A stretch of DNA of 64,000 bases. Source: Malacoraja senta. Lineage: Eukaryota. The stretch lies in assembly GCA_038087875.1 (NCBI GenBank), contig CM075999.1:498001-562000 (forward strand), given 5' to 3'. A model generated the notes under the pieces. It worked only from the letters and a program-made list of their open reading frames with translations, made no database searches and had not been told where the DNA came from. Each line of letters starts with the position of its first letter. The stretch's first letter is position 1. Below, in pieces: positions 1-10,800 of the stretch. The translations under genes and the position numbers were made by a program.

Positions 1-23
1 TTTGTTTGTTTCTTTGCTTCCAG

Positions 24-1862
24 GTTACACAATGCAGCCCGTTGTCATTGGTGAGTTTGGTCTTCCATTGAATTGTTTCGGGTTTCTTTGGTTATTCACT
101 GCTTTCATGACTCATCCAGCACCCATATTCTGCAAGAATATTCGTTGAAACTCGTGAAATGATGCCTTGCCCTTTGCTCACAAATACAATCTTGATTGAG
201 AAATGAATGAATTGAAAACTTTCCTTGCTGTTCGCAAGGTATTTTTTAACAAAATCAATTTTGATACCGATTTCTCTGCCAAAGCTAGATACAATCCACA
301 AATTTTCCAGTCGACATCTTGTGCAGAATTTCACTCAATTGTATCAAACAATTGCCTCAGATCACATTTGTTTTTTTGTGGTGTTGCTCAACTGCGTCAA
401 ATTCAATTACAGGGAAACAGTTGTTAAACTATTGAAATATCGTGGTACTTGCAGCATGCTAAATTACTTCCTCTATTTCCACAGTTCCAGTCGAGGAATC
501 AAATCCCACTACCTACAACGTGATGTTCATTGTTGACAGTCTGTCTATTGAAGAAATTCAAGACAACCCCTTACAAACAGCAACCATGATTGCATCTGAG
601 GTGAGAGAGTTTACAAGTTAGTTTACTGATGATGTTTTACTTCATCGTACCCTTTTTATTTCTCATTCTGACTCAATTGTTGTTACTGCCTTCAGCTCAC
701 CGACCTGTTCGAAAATAGCAGTATCAATACTACATTCTTGACATGTGTTGTGGAATCCTTCAGGTAACTCAAAATAACTTTCCTATTAAATGATAAAAAA
801 AACATCCTTTAATTTCCAATTGTTAACGCTCAATAATTCCAATTTGCAAACGCATTAAACTCATAAGCAAATTTCCCACAAATATCACGTAGAATTAATA
901 TAAATTCTACCAGAAAAAAGCGCATTGTACTGGTGTCTCCTGGTGAGTTAGGCAGCAAATCTGTAAACCCTGGCGAGGCAAAGTTTTGTAGTAGGGGGGT
1001 CCAGTCGTCAGTTTTTTGGTGACCTGCTACGACTATGACAGTCGCCGACAGTCGCCGAAAATATCGCTTAAGTGGGACAGGCCCATATTGCTCTAAGCTA
1101 CTCCTCGGAATATGAGGTGCTGTTCCTCCAGTTTAAGTGTGGCCTCACTCTGGAAATGGATGAGGCCCAGGACAGGCAGTTCGGTTTGGGAAAGGAAAGG
1201 GGAGTTAAATTGTTTTTGAACTGGGATTTCCAGCAGACCTTGGCCGACTGCACGGGTTCGGCGAAAAAGTCACCTAGACACTGTTTGGTCTTGCTAACGT
1301 ATAGGACACCACATAAGGTGCATCAAATGCAGTAGCTGGTGTTAGTGACAGGTGCGGTGTAAACTAAGGATGAGGGGAACTCTATCCTTGCTCCGTCTGG
1401 GTGAGAGTGATGTGAGAGCAGATCTAGAGGAGATTCGGGTAAGGGATCCATATAAAACAGCCAAGGCTAATCTACAGTTACATTAGAAAGATTACATCTT
1501 GGATGTCCTAGAATGGGAAGTCACATCATGGGTGAAGATGGGGCGGAGACGGACATATTGAGTCGGATTGCTCTGAACATTGCTTAGACACCAGTAATGA
1601 GCCACGGCAACATTTCAGCTGTGCTCTTGCTAGCACTTCAAACATCTTTGCACTAAATTATTTTGCACTAAATGTCTTTTGCTTTATCGCAGAGAGGAAA
1701 TGGTTAACAGCACCAGAGTGACAGCTAAATGTTCATTCCAAAACGTGTCCACCATGGAACCCATCAACCGAGAAGATGTTTATGATGTATTTAGGGAGAA
1801 GACCGATGACATTTCCTCACTGGGGCCATACGAACTGCAAAGCTACAGCCTCTATGTAGACG
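24..1862 (+). CDS. SEA module 1 (GY-type linker), exons 24-50, 485-600, 696-763, 1693-1862
   Basis: 27+116+68+170 nt = 127 codons; polypyrimidine/CAG acceptors; GTGAG, GTAAC and GTACT donors; open frame. Confidence 0.88.
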
Positions 1863-4800
1863 GTACTTATCAAAATATTCCTTGGTGTTACTCTTCATAT
1901 TGTATTTGTGCAATCTACGGTAACTATTGATTTATAGTCAAGTTCCTTGGTATTTACATATTTAGATCAGGAACAACCAGGCATGATATCCTATAGGATC
2001 TGAGAAAGCAAACCTTAAAATCATTCACAGTCTTGCTCTTCGGAGCCTGCCTTTGCACAAACACACTGCCTCATTGGTATGACCCACTCTCAAAAGGGTT
2101 TTCTTCCTGATAAATGTTCAAGGAGAGGTAAAAAAAATACCCCATTAAAAAGTTACATTCTTTTTTTAGAAGAATTAAAGTGCTAGTGTAACTCAGCGGG
2201 TCAGGCAGCATCACTGGAGAACGTGAATGGGTGACATTTCAGCCTGAGATCCTTCTTCAGACTGATTGTGGGGTGGTAGGGGGAGAAGAAAGCTGGAAGA
2301 GAAGGGAGGCAGTACAAAGCAAGTCATTAATAGGTGAACACAGGTGAAGTAGAGTTTGGATACACAGAAGGTTGGACAAAGGCCAGTGACGAAAAAACAT
2401 AAGGGGTCAGGGAAAAGGATTGTAGAGATGCAAATTTGAAGCCAGAAAAAGGAATGTAGATGGAGGGCAAGGGGAAGGGTGCGTGCCCAGGTGTTGTTGT
2501 GGTTGATGGGTTTTTAAAGGTTGCCTAAACTTGAACATTTAAAGTTCTACCTATATTTCTCTGTTTGTTTTCAGATTTCAATGTACAGCCCAATGTCAAT
2601 GGTGAGTTTGTATCAAATGCATCAAACAATTGGCACATGTTACATTTGTTCTTCTCCATCTATTGTATAAACTTTGTAGAAATCCAGTCCTGGGAAACAG
2701 TTTTTAAACTCTTTGAAAATCGTGGTACTCACAACATGCTAAATTGCTTACTCTATTTCCACAGTTCCAGTTCCAATCGAGGTAACAAATCCCATTGAAT
2801 ACAACGTGACTTTCATTGTTGACAATCTGTCTATTGAAGAAATTCAAGCAAACCCTTCAGAAACAGAAACCATGATTGCAAATGAGGTGAGAGAGTTTAC
2901 CAATTAGTTTTCTGCTGATATGGTACTTATTTGTCCCCTTTTTATGTCTCATTCTAACACCATTTTTCTTGCCCTCAGCTCACAGACCTGTTTGAGAACA
3001 GCAGTATCAATGCAACATTCTTAAAATGTGCTGTGAAATCATTCAGGTAACTTACAATATCTTTCTGATTAATCATGAAAATTGCATTCCTTTGTCTCCA
3101 AATTGTTAATGCACAGTGATTCCAAATGGTAAAGATGATATTCCCATAAACACATTTCCTACAAATATCAGTGCAAAGTCAATATAAATTCTAACAGAAA
3201 AAGACACGATGCAGAGAGACAGATGAACTCTGTCTTCAACCCTTGCAGCTGGCTGGTGATCATAGCAAGGGTAGGTGCCAGGATTCACCAGGAGGTGAAA
3301 TGTGTGGGAAGGAATGGCAGATGTTAGTTTACACCGAAGATAGACACAAAATGCTGGAGTAACTCAGTGGGACAGGCAGCATCTCTGGAAAGAAGGATAG
3401 AAGGATGGGAAACATCTCCCATTCCTTCTATTCGGAGATGCTGCCTGTCCCGCTTCTATCTTCAGGATTCACCAGTAACCAGGCTTGAGTCGACCGAATA
3501 AGATAAAAAATCTTTCAACTGAAGTCACTATTACAGTAATGGCGATTTCAGGGAAAAGAGCAATCTTCACAAAAGAAGTGAGATACTGACCACAACGGGT
3601 TATTGATTGGGGACGATCAGCCATGATCACAATGAATGGCGGTGCTGGCTAGAAGGGCCGAATGGCTTCCTCCTTCACCTATTTTCTATGTTTCTATGTT
3701 TCTATGATGTGCTCGAGTATCTCAGCGGGTCTGTCGGCATATCTGGAGAACATGGCTTGGCAGTTTTGGGTTGGGCCCTTCTCAGACTGATTGCAGTCGG
3801 GGTGAGAAAGCTGCAAGAGAGGTGGAAAGGGGATGACAACGTGTGGCAAGTGATGCGAGGATATAAGTGATGGGGTGGGTGCAGTTGATTGGCAAATGGT
3901 TGCTGAAATCTCGAGAGATGAAAAGACAAAAGGTTCAATACAGGGAATTAGGCGTAGAAGTCAAATTAATTATGAAAGTTGAGGAAGCATAGTGGAAGGG
4001 GAGAATGGAGGGAGGAGACAGGTGGAAGGGAAAGCGGAAAATGGGTGCATATTCAGGTGTAGCACAGGGAAGAGTCGGGGAAATTGATGGGGAAGGGGGG
4101 CATTTGTAGGTTGACACGTAAAATTGAACAACTCATTTTTCATACAGTTAGTTTGTAGGTCACGTAAAATTATTCATATTGTTAGGCTCCAAACATACAC
4201 ATCAGATTATGAGGTGCTTTTCCTCCAGCTTAAATGTGGTCTCCCACTGGCTATCGATCAGGCTCAACACAGACACGTCGATATGGGAATGGGAAGGGGA
4301 GTTAAAATGTTTTGCAACCGGGAAACCCAGCAGACCTTGGTCGACCCTGCACCTGTGCGGAAAAAAATGTTCACCTAGACGATGCTGGGATATAAAGGAG
4401 ACCACATCTAGAGCAGCAAATGCAGGAGATGGGTTTAGAGACTGGTGTGTGAATTTTAAGAATGAGGGGCACTCTCTCCTGGGTCTGTCTGGGTGAAGGG
4501 GATGCAAGAGCAGAAATATAGGAGACGTGGGTGAGGGATCCATCTGAGACAGCACAGGGTAATCCACGTCTACTAAAAAAAGGACATATCAGATGCATAG
4601 AATGGGAAAGCATCATGGAATCAGATGCGACGGAGATGAATAAACTGAGTATTGGATTTCTCTGACAATTACTTCTACCGCTGTAAAAAGCCACAGCAAC
4701 ATTTCAGGTGTGCTCTTTCTAACATTGCAACTACTTTGCACTAAATTATTTTTATAAATGTCTTTTGCTTTTTTGCAGAGAGGTCATGGCTAACAGCACC

Positions 4801-7800
4801 AGAGTGACAGCTGATTGTTCATTCCAAAATGTATCCACCATGGAACCCATCAAGCAAGAAGTGGTTTATGATGTATTTAGAGAGAGGACCCATAACATTA
4901 CTGCACTGGGACAATATCCATTGCAAAGCGACAGCCTCCATGTAGAAGGTACTTATCAAAATAATCCTCAATTTTTTTCTATGTATTCTTTTACATGCAA
5001 TCTACCGTAGATGTTGACGGAGTCACGTCCTTTGGTAATTACATATTCAGATCCGGGAGGATCAGGTATGATGTCCGATGGGCTTTGGGAAAGTGAATCT
5101 TGAAGTCATTCATGAAAGTCATCCTGACTAACAGGAGGGAGAAATAGGCACGAGTCCAGTTGGGTCACCGGAGAGGGAGGTGGGGTGGGGTGCGATTTGT
5201 CCGAGGATACCTAAAATTGGAAAACTCAAAGTTCATACTGTTGGTTGTAAACTGTCTTTGTTTGTTTCTTTGCTTCCAGGTTACACAATGCAGCCCGTTG
5301 TCATTGGTGAGTTTGGGCTTCCATTGAATTGTTTCGGGTTTCTTTGTTTATTCACTGCTTTCATGACTCATCCAGCACCCATATTCTGCAAGAATATTCG
5401 TTGAAACTCGTGAAATGATGCCTTGCCCTTTGCTCACAAATACAATCTTGATTGAGAAATGAATGAATTGAAAACTTTCCTTGCTGTTCGCAAGGTATTT
5501 TTTAACAAAAGCAATTTTGATACCGATTTCTCTGCCAAAGCTAGATACAATCCACAAATTTTCCAGTCGACATCTTGTGCAGAATTTCGCTCAAATGTAT
5601 CAAACAATTGCCTCAGATCACATTTGTTTTTTTGAGGTGTTGCTCAACTGCGTCAAATTCCATTACAGGGAAACAGTTGTTAAACTATTGAAATATCGTG
5701 GTACTTGCAGCATGCTAAATTACTTCCTCTATTTCCACAGTTCCAGTCGAGGAATCAAATCCCACTACTTACAACGTGATGTTCATTGTTGACAGTCTGT
5801 CTATTGAAGAAATTCAAGACAACCCCTCACAAACAGCAACCATGATTGCATCTGAGGTGAGAGAGTTTACAAGTTAGTTTACTGATGATGTTTTACTTCA
5901 TCGTACCCTTTTTATTTCTCATTCTGACTCAATTATTGTTACTGCCTTCAGCTCACCGACCTGTTCGAAAATAGCAGTATCAACACTACATTCTTGACAT
6001 GTGTTGTGGAATCCTTCAGGTAACTCAAAATAACTTTCCTATTAAATGATAAAAAACCCATCCTTTAATTTCCAATTGTTAACGCTCAATAATTCCAATT
6101 TGCAAACGCATTAAACTCATAAGTAAATTTCCCACAAATATCACGTAGAATTAATATAAATTCTACCAGAAAAAAGCACATTGTACTGGAGTCTCCTGGT
6201 GAGTCAGGCAGCAAATCTGTAAACCCTGGCGAGGCAAAGTTTTGTAGTAGGGGGGTCCAGTCGTCAGTTTTTTGGTGACCTGCTACGACTATGACAGTCG
6301 CCGGCAGTCGCCGAAAATATCGCTTAAGTGGGACAGGCCCATATTGCTCTAAGCTACTCCTCGGAATATGAGGTGCTGTTCCTCCAGTTTAAGTGTGGCC
6401 TCACTCTGGAAATGGATGAGGCCCAGGACAGGCAGTTCGGTTTGGGAAAGGAAAGGGGAGTTAAATTGTTTTTGAACTGGGATTTCCAGCAGACCTTGGC
6501 CGACTGCACGGGTTCGGCGAAAAAGTCACCTAGACACTGTTTGGTCTTGCTAACGTATAGGACACCACATAAGGTGCATCAAATGCAGTAGCTGGTGTTA
6601 GTGACAGGTGCGGTGTAAACTAAGGATGAGGGGAACTCTATCCTTGCTCCGTCTGGGTGAGAGTGATGTGAGAGCAGATCTAGAGGAGATTCGGGTAAGG
6701 GATCCATATAAAACAGCCAAGGCTAATCTACAGTTACATTAGAAAGATTACATCTTGGATGTCCTAGAATGGGAAGTCACATCATGGGTGAAGATGGGGC
6801 GGAGACGGACAAATTGAGTCGGATAGCTCCGAACATTGCTTAGACACCAGTAATGAGCCACGGCAACATTTCAGCTGTGCTCTTGCTAGCACTTCAAACA
6901 TCTTTGCACTAAATTATTTTGCACTAAATGTCTTTTGCTTTATCGCAGAGAGGAAATGGTTAACAGCACCAGAGTGACAGCTAAATGTTCATTCCAAAAC
7001 GTGTCCACCATGGAACCCATCAACCGAGAAGATGTTTATGATGTATTTAGGGAGAAGACCGATGACATTTCCTCACTGGGGCCATACGAACTGCAAAGCT
7101 ACAGCCTCTATGTAGACGGTACTTATCAAAATATTCCTTGGTGTTACTCTTCATATTGTATTTGTGCAATCTACGGTAACTATTGATTTATAGTCAAGTT
7201 CCTTGGTATTTACATATTTAGATCAGGAACAACCAGGCATGATATCCTATAGGATCTGAGAAAGCAAACCTTAAAATCATTCACAGTCTTGCTCTTCGGA
7301 GCCTGCCTTTGCACAATCACACTGCCTCATTGGTATGACCCACTCTCAAAAGGGTTTTCTTCCTGATAAATGTTCAAGGAAAGGTAAAAAAAATACCCCA
7401 TTAAAAAGTTACATTCTTTTTTTAGAAGAATTAAAGTGCTAGAGTAACTCAGCGGGTCAGGCAGCATCACTGGAGAACGTGAATGGGTGACATTTCAGCC
7501 TGAGATCCTTCTTCAGACTGATTGTGGGGTGGTGGGGGGAGAAGAAAGCTGGAAGAGAAGGGAGGCAGTACAAAGCAAGTCATTAATAGGTGAACACAGG
7601 TGAAGTAGAGTTTGGATACACAGAAGGTTGGACAAAGGCCAGTGACGAAAAAACATAAGGGGTCAGTGAAAAGGATTGTAGAGATGCAAATTTGAAGCCA
7701 GAAAAAGGAATGTAGATGGAGGGCAAGGGGAAGGAGTTTCATCGGTGCGTGCCCAGGTGTTGTTGTGGTTGATGGGTTTTTAAAGGTTGCCTAAACTTGA

Positions 7801-10800
7801 ACATTTAAAGTTCTACCTATATTTCTCTGTTTGTTTTCAGATTTCAATGTACAGCCCAATGTCAATGGTGAGTTTGTATCAAATGCATCAAACAATTGGC
7901 ACATGTTACATTTGTTCTTCTCCATCTATTGTATAAACTTTGTAGAAATCCAGTCCTGGGAAACAGTTTTTAAACTCTTTGAAAATCGTGGTACTCACAA
8001 CATGCTAAATTGCTTACTCTATTTCCACAGTTCCAGTTCCAATCGAGGTAACAAATCCCATTGAATACAACGTGACTTTCATTGTTGACAATCTGTCTAT
8101 TGAAGAAATTCAAGCAAACCCTTCAGAAACAGAAACCATGATTGCAAATGAGGTGAGAGAGTTTACCAATTAGTTTTCTGCTGATATGGTACTTATTTGT
8201 CCCCTTTTTATGTCTCATTCTAACACCATTTTTCTTGCCCTCAGCTCACAGACTTGTTTGAGAACAGCAGTATCAATGCAACATTCTTAAAATGTGCTGT
8301 GAAATCATTCAGGTAACTTACAATATCTTTCTGATTAATCATGAAAATTGCATTCCTTTGTCTCCAAATTGTTAATGCACAGTGATTCCAAATGGTAAAG
8401 ATGATATTCCCATAAACACATTTCCTACAAATATCAGTGCAAAGTCAATATAAATTCTAACAGAAAAAGACACGATGCAGAGAGACAGATGAACTCTGTC
8501 TTCAACCCTTGCAGCTGGCTGGTGATCATAGCAAGGGTAGGTGCCGGGATTCACCAGGAGGTGAAATGTGTGGGAAGGAATGGCAGATGTTAGTTTACAC
8601 CGAAGATAGACACAAAATGCTGGAGTAACTCAGTGGGACAGGCAGCATCTCTGGAAAGAAGGATAGAAGGATGGGAAACATCTCCCATTCCTTCTATTCG
8701 GAGATGCTGCCTGTCCCGCTTCTATCTTCAGGATTCACCAGTAACCAGGCTTGAGTCGACCGAATAAGATAAAAAATCTTTCAACTGAAGTCACTATTAC
8801 AGTAATGGCGATTTCAGGGAAAAGAGCAATCTTCACAAAAGAAGTGAGATACTGACCACAACGGGTTATTGATTGGGGACGATCAGCCATGATCACAATG
8901 AATGGCGGTGCTGGCTAGAAGGGCCGAATGGCTTCCTCCTTCACCTATTTTCTATGATTCTATGTTTCTATGATGTGCTCGAGTATCTCAGCGGGTCCGT
9001 CGGCATATCTGGAGAACATGGCTTGGCAGAGTTTTGGGTTGGGCCCTTCTCAGACTGATTGCAGTCGGGGTGAGAAAGCTGCAAGAGAGGTGGAAAGGGG
9101 ATGACAACGTGTGGCAAGTGATGCGAGGATATAAGTGATGGGGTGGGTGCAGTTGATTGGCAAATGGTTGCTGAAATCTCCAGAGATGAAAAGACAAAAG
9201 GTTCAATACAGGGAATTAGGCGTAGAAGTCAAATTAATTATGAAATTTGAGGAAGCATAGTGGAAGGGGAGAATGGAGGGAGGAGACGGGTGGAAGGGAA
9301 AGCGGAAAATGGGTGCATATTCAGGTGTAGCACAGGGAAGAGTCGGGGAAATTGATGGGGAAGGGAGGGCATTTGTAGGTTGACACGTAAAATTGAACAA
9401 CTCATTTTTCATACAGTTAGTTTGTAGGTCACGTAAAATTATTCATATTGTTAGGCTCCAAACATACACATCAGATTATGAGGTGCTTTTCCTCCAGCTT
9501 AAATGTGGTCTCCCACTGGCTATCGATCAGGCTCGACACAGACACGTCGATATGGGAATGGGAAGGGGAGTTAAAATGTTTTGCAACCAGGAAACCCAGC
9601 AGACCTTGGTCGACCCTGCACCTGTGCGGAAAAAAATGGTCACCTAGACGATGCTGGGATATAAAGGAGACCACATCTAGAGCAGCAAATGCAGGAGATG
9701 GGTTTAGAGACTGGTGTGTGAATTTTAAGAATGAGGGGCACTCTCTCCTGGGTCTGTCTGGGTGAAGGGGATGCAAGAGCAGAAATATAGGAGACGTGGG
9801 TGAGGGATCCATCTGAGACAGCACAGGGTAATCCACGTCTACTAAAAAAAGGACATATCAGATGCATAGAATGGGAAAGCATCATGGAATCAGATGCGAC
9901 GGAGATGAATAAACTGAGTATTGGATTTCTCTGACAATTACTTCTACCGCTGTAAAAAGCCACAGCAACATTTCAGGTGTGCTCTTTCTAACATTGCAAC
10001 TACTTTGCACTAAATTATTTTTATAAATGTCTTTTGCTTTTTTGCAGAGAGGTCATGGCTAACAGCACCAGAGTGACAGCTGATTGTTCATTCCAAAATG
10101 TATCCACCATGGAACCCATCAAGCAAGAAGTGGTTTATGATGTATTTAGAGAGAGGACCCATAACATTACTGCACTGGGACAATATCCATTGCAAAGCGA
10201 CAGCCTCCATGTAGAAGGTACTTATCAAAATAATCCTCAATTTCTTTCTATGTATTCTTTTACATGCAATCTACCGTAGATGTTGACGGAGTCACGTCCT
10301 TTGATAATTACATATTCAGATCCGGGAGGATCAGGTATGATGTCCGATGGGCTTTGGGAAAGTGAATCTTGAAGTCATTCATGAAAGTCATCCTGACTAA
10401 CAGGAGGGAGAAATAGGCGCGAGTCCAGTTGGGTCACCGGAGAGGGAGGTGGGGTGGGGTGCGATTTGTCCGAGGATACCTAAAATTGGAAAACTCAAAG
10501 TTCATACTGTTGAATGTAAACTGTCTTTGTTTGTTTCTTTGCTTCCAGGTTACACTGTGCCACCCGTTGTCATTGGTGAGTTTGGGCTTCCATTGAATTG
10601 TTTCGGGTTTCTTTGTTTATTCACTGCTTTCATGACTCATCCAGCACCCATATTCTGCAAGAATATTCGTTGAAACTCGTGAAATGATGCCTTGCCCTTT
10701 GCTCACAAATACAATCTTGATTGAGAAATGAATGAATTGAAAACTTTCCTTGCTGTTCGCAAGGTATTTTTTAACAAAAGCAATTTTGATACCGATTTCT

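Noticed and set aside
136..238. Possible extra exon in the GY-type A-B intron ending at CAAG|GTATTT
   Set aside because: The required phase-1 frame hits TGA in both block I and block II versions, and the acceptor is weak.
225..536. Repeated 60-130 aa ORFs in introns on both strands (e.g. MLFARYF..., MGQAHIAL..., MDYPVLSQ...)
   Set aside because: They recur only because the DNA is duplicated. They overlap decayed transposons or exons out of frame, and they break between blocks.
1679..1930. Recurrent 66-83 aa ORFs (MLxRREEMVN...GNY) as a family of small stand-alone genes
   Set aside because: They are exon D plus intron flanks. Most start at TTG or GTG next to the splice acceptor, and the SEA homology continues in upstream exons.
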